DNA of 64,000 nucleotides, taken from the NCBI RefSeq assembly GCF_009914755.1, contig NC_060930.1; one strand, written 5' to 3'. Below are positions 12,349 to 26,193 of this stretch, in pieces. Below the pieces are notes generated by a model. It saw only the letters and a program-made list of their open reading frames with translations. It ran no database searches and had not been told where the DNA came from. Position 1 is the first letter of the stretch, and every line of letters begins with the position of its first letter. A program made the position numbers and the translations under genes. This stretch comes from the human T2T-CHM13v2.0 reference genome, Homo sapiens.

Positions 12349-12663
12349 TACATGTTTGCTATAAAAACGCCAGTTTTCCAAGTGAATGTACCCATTTTAA
12401 ACACCCACCAGAATCATTTGTGAGATCTAATTGTTCATTCAATCTTACTATACTTGGTATAGTCAATTATTTTAATTTTAGCACCATAATGAATATGTAG
12501 TGATATTAAATTTGGTATTACTTTGCATTAATGACTAAAAATTAGATAACAAATGATATTGAACTTATTTCCACATGCTTATTGATCATTTGGATATATT
12601 ACTTTGTGAAGTTCATTTTTGAAGCCTTTTGCCCATTTTTCTTTGTGTTGTATTTATTTTCCA

Positions 12664-12919
12664 TACTCATCAAAAACATCCCAAAATGCTAGAGGAAATG
12701 CTCTAGAATTCAGGAATAACTTCTTTTGTGGTAGAGAATTTTTATTTCAGAGTATAGACACTGTTTGTGCTGGGTTTCTTAATTTTACTGGATATCATCA
12801 TTTTCTTGGGCTGTTTGATCAAGTTTGATTTTCCCAGTGCAACATTTCTGAGAGTAAATATGATCTGCTTAATAAAATATGTTCTAAAGCCAGATAAGTG
12901 CTTTCCAGCAAGTACAATT
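12664..12919 (+). repeat. Diverged direct copy of unique segment 11250-11493
   Basis: Both read tactcat.aaaaacatcccaaaatgct.gaggaaatgc...atttttatttcagagtatagacactg...cagtgcaacatttctgagag; roughly 85% identical by eye. Confidence 0.92.
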
Positions 12920-15137
12920 TTCCTTCCAGCAAGTATAATACCTGGTTTATAAGCATTACATATATTAATATTATTATTTTGTCAGATAGATATAATAAAA
13001 GTTTAATATTTCAATCTTTTATGGTAAGTGCTATTTATATACTGTTTAAGAAAGAGGCACCCATCATGACAATAATGTTCTATATTTTCCTATGAAAGTC
13101 TTGTTTTATATTTCACATTTAGGTTTTGATGGTCCTTAAATATAAGATTTTTATACATGATATTATGTATGGATTTAGGTTAATTTATTTTTATATGGAT
13201 AGCCAATTGACCCAGAACCACTTATCAAAAAGACATCCTTTATACATTGAATTGCAATAGTGTTTTATCAAAACCAGCTAAGTATTTTTGAGTGAGTGTA
13301 TTTCTGAACTCTCTAATTTGTTTCATTTGTTTACCTTTTGTTGTATTATTTCCTCACCATCTTAATTATTTTTAGCCTTATAAAAGCTTTGATATTTGGT
13401 AGTATAAGTTTTCCTGTTTAGTTTTTCTTCTGTAATATTTTCTTGACTATATAAAGTCCTTGCATTTCTATGTACATTTTAGAATAAAACTGTCAATTTG
13501 CACAAAATAACAGGCTGGGATTTGGATAGAGATTATGTTGATTTGAGGGAGATTGGCATTTTATCAATATTGTGTCTTTCAGTCAATATACAGAGTATAT
13601 CTATTTAGTTATTTTGATATTAATTTTTCTCACCAATGTTTTATGGTCCTTAAGGAAAAAGCCTTGCAATGTTTCTATATATGTGATCCTAGGTAGTGGA
13701 CCCTTTTAGATGTTATTATAAATGATTTTGCTTTTTAATTAAATTTCATTTTTCAGTTATTTCTAGTATAAAGAAATGGAGGTGACTGATTATTGGAAAC
13801 ATTTATTTGTAAATTTTCTTATTTTTAATTTTTTTGTAGATTCTTGTAAATTTTCTGCAGAAAATTTATATTTTTTTCTGGCTTTATTGAACTGCTTTGA
13901 AACTCCAGTGAAATGTTGAATAAAAGTGCTGATAATTGATATTATTTCCTTATCCTTGTTCAATTGCATTAAAACTTTACCATTAACTATATATTTTTAG
14001 TAGACCTCTTTATCAGATTAGGAAAATACACTCCTGTTCCTAACTTACTGAATTAAACAAATCATGAACAAGTGTAGAATCTTATTAAGAGCTTTTTTAT
14101 TGAATATACTAAAATCATCAAATGGGTTTTCTCTTTTATTAACAGATGTAAAATTTTACTAAATGCTTTTTTCCACATTCCTTTGAAATATTCATAAAGT
14201 TTTTCTATTTTTTCTAATTTGATGAATTACACTGATTGATTTTTAAAATATTAAACCAAACTTCCAATCCTGGCAAAAACTCCAATTAGTTTTATATAAA
14301 ACCTATGATTTTTAAATACACTACTAGGTGGAATTTGATAATATTTTGGGTAGGATTTTTCCATCTAGATTAATGAAATATATTGGGCTATACTTTTCCA
14401 GTCCTACATTGTTATTGTAAGGTTTGGGCATCAGGGTTATGCTGGCCTCGTAAATTAAGAAATTTTTCCCTCTGTTTTCTGTTTTCTGGATAATTTTTTG
14501 TTAGAATGTATTTTTTTCTCTTCATTACATGTTTGAAAGAATTTTCCAGAGATGTCATCTAGGTCTAAAGATTTCTTTGTAAGAAAAGCTTAAAATTACA
14601 TGTTTTTAGTAGATATTGGAGTGTTCATATTTTTTATTTTTGTGAATTATTACTTGTGGTTTTTCAAGTAATTTGTCCTTTTTTTCCAAATTACCAGCAT
14701 CAAAGTGTTAGTAATGTCCTTTATTTTCTTCTAAATTCTGTAGGACCTGTAGTTATATATAATGTTAATATATTAATATATCACAATAATATTTTTAAAG
14801 TTTTTGCTTTTGTTATTTTTTTTGTGTGCCTATTTTCTAGTGAATTGACTTTTGGGGCTATATTGATTATCTGTTTTTCATCTACTTTCTTTGTACTTGC
14901 TCTTCTGCCACTAGCTTTTTGAAATGAAAGATTAGATCAATAATTATCAATATTCTTTCTTGCCCAAAATATTTACTTCAATTCTTATTACATCTTCTTG
15001 CTTGTAACTGGGACCCTTTTCTTTTTAGCTGAAAGACCTAGTTTTTATTTCCTTAGCACAGGTCTGTGGTGAAGAATTTTCTCAGCCATTGTTTTCAAAG
15101 ATATCTTTATTGTACCTTCATTTAAAAACAATTTTTA

Positions 15138-18080
15138 GGGGAGAAGATGGAGCAAGATGGCTAAATAGAAGTCTCTGCTGGTCGTCCCCTCCACAGGAAC
15201 ACCAAATTGAACAACTATTTAAATAAAAAAGCACCTTCATGAGAACCGAAAATCAGCTTAGGTACCAATTTGGCCACAATGGGTTAGAACACTATTCCAT
15301 TGTGTTCTTACCCACCATGGCCAAAATTGGGCCTAAGGGGTCCCAATTCCCGGCCTCAGCTCTTGGATGGAATTTCTAGACCTGCCCTGGGCCAGCGGAG
15401 AGCCCACTGCCTTAAAAGGAGAGTACCAGCCTGGCAGCATTCACCACAAGCTGACTGGAGTGTCCTTGGGCCTTAGGTGAACATCAGCAGTAACCAGAAA
15501 GTACTTGCTGCAAGCCTGGGCTGGTGGTGGCCAAGGGGAGAGACTCTTCTATTTGTGGAAGAAATAGGCAAGAGTGGGAAAGACTTTCTCTTGTGGCTTG
15601 GGTGCCAGATCAGCTGCAATAGAATAGAGCACCAGGTAGATTCCTAAGGTTTCTGAGTTCAGGCCCTGGATCCCAGCTGGCATCTCTGGACCCACCCAGG
15701 GCTGGGGGAGCTCACTGCCCTGAGGGAAAGGACAAATGCCTGGCTGGCTTTACCATCTGCTGATTGTAGAGCTCTAGGGCCTTGAGTACACACAGATGGT
15801 AACTAGGCAGTGGTTACCATGAGCTTTGGGTGAGACCCAGTGCTGTGCTGGCTTCAGATCTGACCCATTGCAGCCCCAGTGATGGTGGCCACAAAGAGGC
15901 TTGTGTCACCCCCTCCCCCAGCACCAGGTAGCTCAGCACAGAGAGAGAGAGAGAGACTCTGTTTGAGAGAAAGCGAGGGAAGAAAACAAGAGTCTCTGCT
16001 TGGGAATCCAGAGAATTCTTTTGGATTTTAACCAAGACTACCAAGGTAGTACCTCTACAAGTCTGCAAGAGCCACAGGAAAAGCCCTGCCTAATGCAGAT
16101 ATGGCTGCAGTGACCAAAAACTTAGATAACAACACCCAACACTCTTTGAATGCTTGGAAACCTTTCCCAAGAAGGATAGATGCAAAGAAGCCCAAACTGT
16201 GAAGAGTACAATAAATACCTAAGTCTTCAATGCCCAGTCACCAATAAACATCCACAAGCATAGAGATCATCCAGGAAAACATGAACTCACCAAATGAACC
16301 AAATAAGGCACCAAGGAGAAATCCTGGAGAAACAGCAATATGAGGACTTTTCAGACAGAAAATTCAAAATAGCTGTTTTGAGAAAACTCAAAGAAATTTG
16401 GGTAACACAGAGAAGCAATTCAGAATCTTATCAGATAAGTTTAACAAAGAGATTGAAATAATTAAAAATAAGTAAGCAGAAATTGTGGAGTTGAAAAATG
16501 CCATAGACATACTGAAGAAATCATCAGAGTATCTAATAGCAGAATTGATCCAGCAGAAGAAAGAATGAGTGAGCCTGAAGACAGACTACATGAAAATGCA
16601 CAGAGGATCCAAAAGAAAAAATAATAAAAAAAATGAAGCATGCCTACAGGATCTAGAAAACAGCCTGTAAAAGGCGAATCTAAGAGTTACTGGCCTTAAT
16701 AGGGCAGATAGAAATAGTGGTAGGGATAGAAAATTTATTCAAAGGAATAATAACAGAGAAACCTAAACAAAGATACCAATATTCAAGGAAATCAATCATG
16801 CCCCTATTTCCCCTACCCCCAGCCTCTGTAACTACCATTTTCTACTCTCTTCTATGAGTTTAGTTATTTTAAATTCCACATGTAATTGAAGTTATGGAGC
16901 ATGAAGCAGATTTAGCCCAAATAAGAAAACTTCAAGATATTTAATAAACTCCAATGGTCAAAGATAAGGAAAGTATCATAAAAGCAACAAGAGAAAATAA
17001 ACAAATAACATACAATGGAGGTCTAGTATGTGTGGCAGCAGACTTTTCAATGAAAACCTTACAGGCCAGGAGACAATGGCATGACATATTTAAAGTGCTT
17101 AAGGAAAAAAATAAACTTTATTCTGGAATAGTATAACTAGCGAAAATATCCTTAAAACATGAAGGAGAAATAAAGAATTTCTCAGACAAAAGATATCATC
17201 TCACTTCAGTTAAAATGGCTTATATCTGAAAGACAGGCAGTAATAAATACAGGTAAGGATGTGGAGAAAAGGAAACCCTTGTATACTGTTGGCGAGAGTG
17301 TAAATTAGTACAACCTCTATGGAGAACAGTTTAGAAGTGCCTCCAAAAACCAAAAATACAGCTATCATATGATCCATCAGTCCCACTACTGGGTATATAC
17401 TCAAAAGGAAGGAAATCCATATATCAAAAAGATATTTGCACTTTCATGTTTATTGCAACATTATTCATAATAGCAAAGATTGGGAGCAACCTAAATGTCC
17501 ACCAACTAATGAATAGATAAAGAAAATGTGGCAGATATACACAATGGGGTACTATTCAGCCACAAAAAAGAATTATATCCTGTCATTTGCAACAACATGG
17601 ATGGGACTGGATGTCAGTATGTCAAGTGAAATGAGCCAGACACAGAAAGACAAACTTCACATGTTCTTACTTATTTGTGGGAGCTTAAAATTAAAACAAG
17701 TGAATTCATGGAGATGGAAGTCTGGTTGAAAGTATGGTTATCAGAGGCTGGGAAGGGTAGTTCAAAGGTGAGGGGTGGGGGAATGTGGGAATGGTTAATG
17801 GGCATGAAAATATAGTTAGATGCAATGGATAAGATCTATTGTTTAATAGCACAACAAAATGACTACAGTCAACAATAATTTACTGTATATCTGAAAACAA
17901 CTCAAAAAGTATAATTGGATTTTTTTTGTAACACAAAGAAACAAAAAATGCTTGAGGTAATGGGTACCTCATATACCCTGATGTGATTATTATGCATTAT
18001 ATGCCTGTATCAGAATATATCATGTACCCCATAAATTTATATACCAACTGGGTACCCACAAAAATAAAAAAATAAAAAAT
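15138..18080 (+). mobile_element. L1MA3-like LINE: 5' UTR + ORF1 joined to ORF2 end/3' UTR (internally deleted)
   Basis: 5' start ggagcaagatggctaaatagaag; ORF1 peptide VKDKESIIKATRENKQITYNG; junction at 17190; gtacccacaaaaataaaaaa tail; approximate TSD aaaaa(c/tat)aattttt. Confidence 0.88.
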
Positions 18081-18647
18081 ATAATTTTTGTTTTATTGTA
18101 AATCGTTATTTTATTATTGTATATGTTTATGGGGTACAAAATGTTTTTATGATTTATGAGTTTATATTATGTTTTATGAATACAATGTAAAACAATTACA
18201 TCAAGATAATTAACATTTCTACTACCTCAAATACTTATCATTTTTCATTGTTAGAATATTCAGTGTACTCTCTTTAACGATTGTGAAATGTACCATATAT
18301 GAATATAGTATTATTAATTATATTAAGCATGCTGTGCAGTACCTCTCATAATAAAGTTTATTCTTTCTGTTTAACTGAAACTTTGTATTCATTGACCATC
18401 ATCTTCCTATTTCCCTTAGTCTCAGCCTCTGGAACTACCATTCTATACTGTCTTCTATGAGTTTTATTATTTTAAATTTCTCATATAATTGAGAATCTTT
18501 TTTGCCATTTTCTATGGAAAATTTAATTCTGGCTCTTTGGCATGGATACATTAACAGATTCTTCAATTAAGCATGAATATAGAACATTTAACATTACAAT
18601 CAATGAATTATAGAAGGCTACTCCTACAGGAAAACCTTTTTTTAAGA

Positions 18648-18915
18648 TTTTTTTTTCTTTTTAAAAATTATACTTTAAGTTCTGGGATACATGTGCAAAA
18701 CGTGCAGGTTTTTTACATAGGTATACACGTGCCATGGTGGCACCCATCAACCTGCCATCGTATTTCTCCTAATGTAGGATTTCTCCTAATGCATCTACAT
18801 TTGCTGCACCCATCAACCTGCCGTCTACCTTAGGTATTTCTCCTAATGCTGTCCCTCCCCTAGGCCCCACCCCAAAACAGGCCCCAGTGTGTGTTGTTCC
18901 CCTCCCTGTGTCCAT
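18648..18915 (-). mobile_element. L1PA (about PA7-8) 3' end, internally rearranged
   Basis: ttatactttaagttctgggatacatgtgcaaaacgtgcaggtt...ggccccagtgtgtgttgttcccctccctgtgtccatg. Confidence 0.88.
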
Positions 18916-19011
18916 GGTATTTGTCTTTCTGTGCCTGTCTCATTTCACTTAACATAGTGTTTTCCGATTCCAATCACATTGTTGCAACTGACAGAATTCC
19001 CTTCTTTTTGA

Positions 19012-19351
<340 letters not shown>

Positions 19352-22144
19352 TATATAGCATATTTTTCTTACCCATCCGTCTGTTAATGAATATTTACCA
19401 TGGTTTCATGACTTGGGTGTTGTGAATAGTGCTTCAATAAATGTAAGAGTGCAGATCTTATTCATTGCATCTAACTGACAGCTGATCCTAAACCTTTCAG
19501 GTAAATACCCAGAAGTGGGATTGCTGGGTCATATGGTACTTCTGTTTTCAGTTTTTTGAGGAATCCTTATACAGTTTTCCATAATGGCAATTTACCTTCC
19601 TACAAACAGTGTACAAAGGTTCTCTTTTCTCCACATCCTTGCCTACACTTTTTCATATTTTTGATAATAGCTATTCTGACAGGTGTGAGGTGGTAGCTCA
19701 TTGTGGATTTAATTTGTATTTCCCTGATAATTGGTTATGTTGGAGTTTTTATGTATACTTGTCTGTTTGTATTTGTTCTGAGAAATGTCTGTTTCAGTCT
19801 TTTGCCTATTTTTAAAAATTGAGTTGTTTTGTAGCTATTGTGTTAAGTTCTTTATATGTTTTAGATACTAACCCCTTATAGAATGTATGGCCTGCAAGTA
19901 TTTTCTCCCAATTTGAAGGTTGTCTGTCTCCTTACACTGTTACTTGTTTCCTTGTCTGTGCAGAAGCTTTTAAATTTGATGTAATTGCATGTGTCTATTT
20001 TTGCTTTTGTTGCCTGTGTTTTGGGGTCAAATACAAAAATATTATTGCCTAGGCCAATATTGTGTAGTTTTCTCTCTGTTTTCGTCTTGTAGTTTTAGAA
20101 TTTCTGATCTTAAATTTACATTCTTAATCTATTTTTGGTTGATTTTTGTACATTGTGTGAGATAAGGGTTCAATTTTATTCTTTTACATGTGGATATCCA
20201 GTTGTCCCAATGCCATTTATTGAAGAGACTGTTCTTTTCTTTGTATTCTTGATATCTTTGACAAAAATCAATTGAGCTTATGGGTGGGTTTATTTCTGCA
20301 CTCTTTATTCTGTATATTTCTCAATGTGTCTCAATGTGATACTTCAATGCCAGTATCATGCTGTTTCAATAAAGTCTCAATGTGATACTTTAATGCCAGT
20401 ATCATGCTGTTTCAATTGCTATAGTTTTGCAGTGTAGTTTGCAATAAGCTAGTGTCATGCCTCCAACTTTGTTCTTTTTGCTCATAATTGCTTTGACTAT
20501 TAGGGATTTTTTGTGTAATTTTATATGAATTTTAGTATTTTTTATTGATTTGAAAAGTGAGACTGGAAATTTTAGAAGAATTGCATTGAATTTGTAGATT
20601 GCATTATATATTATTGCATAGACATTTTCCAGTGGATGAATAGGGGATATCTTTCTATGTATTTGTGTCATCTTCAATTTCTCTCATCAATGTTTTATAA
20701 TTTTCTAGTATTGTTTCTTTCTCTTAGTCTCAAAAGTGACATTGGAAATTTGAGAAGAATCACATTGAATTTGCAGATTGCATTGTGTAGTATTGTATAG
20801 ACATTTACAAAATATTAATTCTTCCAATCCATGAATAGGGGATATCTTTCTATTTATTTGTGTCATCTTCAATGTTTCTCATCAATGTTTTATGATTTTC
20901 CATGTATAGGTCTTTTACCTCATTGGTTAAATTTATTCCTAAGTATTTTATTATATTGTAGCTATTGTAAATGGGATTGTTCTCTTGTTTTCTTTTTATG
21001 ATAAATCATTGTTAGTGTATAAAAATGCAATTGATTATTTCATGTTGATTTTGTACCCTGCAACATTTCAAAATTTGTTGAATAGTTCTAACTTTTTTTT
21101 TTTTTTGGTGAAGCATTTTGGGTTTTCATTAGAAAACAATATTTTGGGTATATCATTAGAAAACAGTGACAATTTTTGCTTATTTGCATGCTTTTTATTT
21201 ATTTCTCTTGCCTAATTGCCCTGGCAAAGACTTCCAATGGTATGTTGAATAGAAATGGCAAGAGTGGGCATACTTGTCTTGTTCCAGATCTTGGAGGAAA
21301 GGCTTTCAATTTTTCACAATTGAGTATCGTGTTAGCTGTGATCTTCTCATATATAGCCTTTATTGTTTTGAGGTACACAATGACACCTAACTTGTTGAGT
21401 TTTTTAAAATCATAAAATGCTGTTAAATTTTGTCAAATGTACATCTAATGGCATGATCACATAGTTTTTGGTCTTAGTTCTATTAATCTATCACTTTCAT
21501 TTACTTTCATATGCTGAAGCAGCCCTGCATCCCAATAACAAATCCCACTAGATCGTTGTATATGATCCTCGTAATGTGCTGTTGGATTTGGTTTCCTAGT
21601 ACTTAGTTATGGATTTTTACATGTGTGTTAATTAATAGCATGTAGTTTTTCATTCTTGTAATATTCTTTTTGGTCTCTGATATCAGGGTAATATTCACCT
21701 TGAAAAATGTATTTGGAAGTATTCCCTCCCCTTCAATTTTTTGAAGAGTTTGAGAAGGATTGATATCAGTTATTCTTTAAATGTTTGATAAAATTCAACA
21801 ATAAAGCTATCAGGTCCTGGCTTACTTTGATGGGAGACATTATTACTGATTGAATCTCCTTAATGATTATTGATTTGTTCAGATTTTCTATTTCTTCATG
21901 ACTCAATCTTGGTAGGTTATATGTGTCTAGAAATTTATCCATTTCTTCTAGGTTATCCAATTTGTTGGCATATAATATTTTATAGTAGTCTCTTATGGTC
22001 CTTTGTATTTCCATGGTATCTGTTGTAATGTTTCCTCTTTCATATCTGATTTTAATAATTTGAGTCTTCTCTCTTTTTTTGTTAGTCTAGCTAATGAGTA
22101 GCTGATTGTTTATATCTTTTAAAATAACCAACTCGGTTTTGTAG

Positions 22145-22457
<313 letters not shown>

Positions 22458-22639
22458 TGTTGATCTTTTAATTGTTTTTCTAGTATCTATTTCGTTTTAT
22501 TTCTGCTATGATCTTTATTATTTCCTTCCTTCTCTTACATTTCGGCTTAATTTATTCTTCCTTTTCTGGTTCCTTTAGGAGTAACAATAAGTTGTTAATT
22601 TATTTTTTTTCATTTATTTTAGCTTTCTTCATCATTAAA

Positions 22640-24390
22640 AAATTGTTAATTTACATGTAATTATTATATATATTTATAGGGTACATAGTGATGTTTCATA
22701 CATGTAATGTATAGTGAACCATTCAGGATAATTACTATATCATCTCAAACATTTATAATTTCTTTGTGTGGAGAACATTCAATATCCTCCTAGCTATTTG
22801 AAATTATATAATGTATTATTATTATTAACTGTAGTTACTCTAAAGTGGTATAGAACACTATAACTTATTTCTCTTATCTAGCTGTAATTTTATATCCTTT
22901 AACAAATCTCTCCCTATCTTTCCCTTCGCCTACCCTTCTCAGCCTCTAGTATCCTCTGTTCTACATTTTACTTCTATGGGAGTAGTTTTTGTTTTAGCTT
23001 CCACATATGAATGAGAGCATGCAGTGTTTATCTTTATTTTAAGCTTATTTCACTTAACATTATGCTCTTCAATTCCATCCATGTTTCCATAAATGACAGA
23101 ATTTCTTTCTTTTTTATGGCTGAATAGTATGCCATTGTTTAAATAAAATGCCATATTTTGTTTATCCTCTCATCTGTTGTTGTAACCTAGATTGAGTTCG
23201 TTTCTTGACTATTGTGAATAGTGCTGCAATAAACATGGGGGTGCCGGTTTCTCTTTGATATACTGATTTTCTTTCCTTTGGATATATGCCCAGTAGTGGG
23301 ATTGCTGGATTTTTTTTTTCTGTTGAGATGTTTGAATTTCTTGTATATTCTGGATATTACTCTCCTGTCAGATGGATGTTTTGTGAATATTTTCTTCATT
23401 TTGCAGGTTATATTTTCACTCTGTTGATTGTTTCTCTTGCCATACAGAAACGTTTTGGTTTGATATAATCCTATTTACTTATTTTTTTGTTTTGTTGCCT
23501 GTTCTTTTGAGGTCTTAGTTATAAAATTTTTTTCCCAGACAAATGTCCTGAAATAATTTCCCTATGTCTTCTTCTACTAGTTGTATCATTTTGGGTATAT
23601 ATTTCATTAGGCCTTAGATCAATTTTTAGTTGATTTTTGTATAGGGTGAAAGGTGGGGGTAAGTTTCATTCTTCTGCATAGGGATATCCAGTTTTCACAG
23701 CACCCTTTATTGAAGAGACTTTTTACTTAATGAGTGTTCTTGGAAACTTTGCCAAAAATCAGTTGGCTCTAGATACATGGATTAATAACTGGAATCTCTA
23801 TTCTGTTCCTATGTATCTGTTTTTATGCCTGGATCATGCTGTTTTGCTTACTATAGCTTTGTAGTATATTTTGAAGTCTGGTAGTGTGATGCTTTTAGGT
23901 TTGTTCTTTTTTGCTCAGGATTCCTTTGGCTATTTTGGATCTTTTGTGGTTCCATCAAAATTTTAAGATTTTTTTTTTCTATTTCTGTGAACAATGCTAT
24001 TGATATTTTGACAGGAATTGTATTAACTCTGTAGATTACTTTGGACAGTGTGGTCATTTTTTAACAATATGACTTCTTCCAATTCATGACCATGAGTTGT
24101 TTTTCCATTTATTTGTATCTTCTTCAATTTCTTTTATCAGTGTTTCAAAATTTTCATTGTAGACATATTCTACATCTTCAGTTAAATTTATTCCTTGGTG
24201 TTTTATTTTACTTTTTGCTGATATTGTAAATGGGATTGTCTTCTTAATTTCTTTTTCAGCCAGTTTGGTGTGCATATATAGAAAATCTACTCCTTGTTTT
24301 TCATGTTGATTATGTATACTGCAACTATTCTGAATTCTTTTATCAGTTCTAAGAGGTTGTTCTTAGAGTCTGTAGGTTTTTCTATATATG
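22640..24390 (-). mobile_element. L1MA4/5-like LINE, 5' truncated, with internal deletion near 23310
   Basis: ORF fragments MTTLSKVIYRVNTIPVKI and ENFETLIKEIEEDTNKWKN match L1 ORF2. Confidence 0.82.
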
Positions 24391-26193
24391 AAAACAATCA
24401 GGGGAAATTTATGTTTATCTTGAAAGGCCTGCTAATGATGACCCCAGGAGGGCAGAGCTTGTTGTTTCTATGAATATTCTTTCTATAACTATTCGTTAGA
24501 GTTCCTGCTTTCAATTCTTTTAGGTATATGCCCAGGTGTCCCAGCATACATGTATAGCTTTGCAAATGAGCTATGAAGTTGGCTGGTATCTCTGATTGGT
24601 CACTGAAGTTGGCAGGAACACAGAGGTGCCACCAAGATCTATGCACTGGCACCTGTGACTCCTGCCTCTTTTCTTTGTTTCTACTTAATTTGAAATGATT
24701 TAGCCTTTATGCTCGAATGATAATTTGCATAAAAATATTTTTAGTCATTCTTTCTTTTCTTGGGTATTTTATAGTCATTATTTCACTGTTTTTTAACTTC
24801 TAAATTTGCTTCCTGTTGTAGAGAACTATGAGACCATCCTACTTTAATTCAACTTGTCACAGGTTAAATCTATAACAGTCTGTCACAGTTTGTGCTCTGA
24901 TAAGTGTGTGTGTATATAAGTGCTATTAACATTACACATAGATGTACATATGTACATACACATACATATTTACCCCATTGTCAAAAAATTATACCTTTTA
25001 TTTTGAAGACCAATATTTTAGTAAACTATATTTCACTCTCACTACACCAGTCTTTCACGTTATTTTAATCTACAGATGCATGCGTTTTTTCTGTATCGTT
25101 AAATATAATTATTTTTCAGTCACTTTGTTACTAATATTGACTGTTAAGTCAGATCTTCTTTGCTTGTCTCACATATCATAGTCTCATTGTCATTCCAATG
25201 CTTTTTAACTCTGACCATTAACTTTTATTCTGCTTGCTTTTCTAAATTCTGTTTTTATGTTTATTACTATATTGTTAATAGTATCTATTGTATTTTATTT
25301 GAATTCAAATTTTACCTGATTTTCTTTGAGAGTTTTAAAAATTTGATCCATTTTTTATGAGCTTGCCATCTTACATTTTTACTTCTATTATTTTAACATA
25401 TATTTCCTGTCTTTTATATCTTTCATTTGTACTGTTGTTTTGTAAAGCTAATTACACTGTTGTATTTAAACTTTTCTGCTAAAATATTTTGGTAAAAATT
25501 TTCGGTAAAAAATTACCTGCTTTGTGATCACACTTTTTAATTTCACATTGAGGTCTTCTGTCATCCACTTATATTTTCTATTTCTTGTCTTCTTTTTCTA
25601 TTTTCCCATAGATCCTGTGCTGGTTATTTTTTGTTTGTTCCTCGTATTTGTATGACACACATTTATTTTTTAACTAATTATTTGCAAGTTGTCATTGTAC
25701 TTAGGAAAGGGACCAGTTTATGTTATGGGTTAGCAGGTATTTGCTATATGACACAGGGTTAGGTGTAAGCATTTGTTTTTATTTTCCTCTGTAAGTATAG
25801 CTCATCCTGATGCTCACAATGCAATATCTGCTCACTAAAATCATTTTCATATTTTCTGCCATGATTATTATACTCCTATGTATACTCATAAAAAATATAT
25901 GCATATTTCTCTAAGACATACATGGATAAATATTCATGGCAACATTATTTGTAGTAATTTCCAAGTGGAAAAAATCCATGTGGTCATAAGCTGCAAGTGG
26001 ATAATTTATGATATAGTTAATAATGACACACTTGATAGCAATGAAAAAAATGAATTACCACTATATGCAACTGATCAATGCAACTTTAACAAACATAAGT
26101 GTGAATAAAAGAAGGCAGACAAAAGATACATACTAGATGTTTTATTTATATAAGGTTCAAAAACAGACAAAAGTAAACTATAATGTTAGAAGT

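Larger units (their letters stand above)
11870..15130 (-). mobile_element. Old L1ME-type LINE (ORF2 to ORF1 fragments), interrupted by MSTD and a local duplication
   Basis: Antisense L1 motifs such as tggatagccaattgacccagaaccactt and gggttatgctggcctcgtaaa. Confidence 0.7.
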
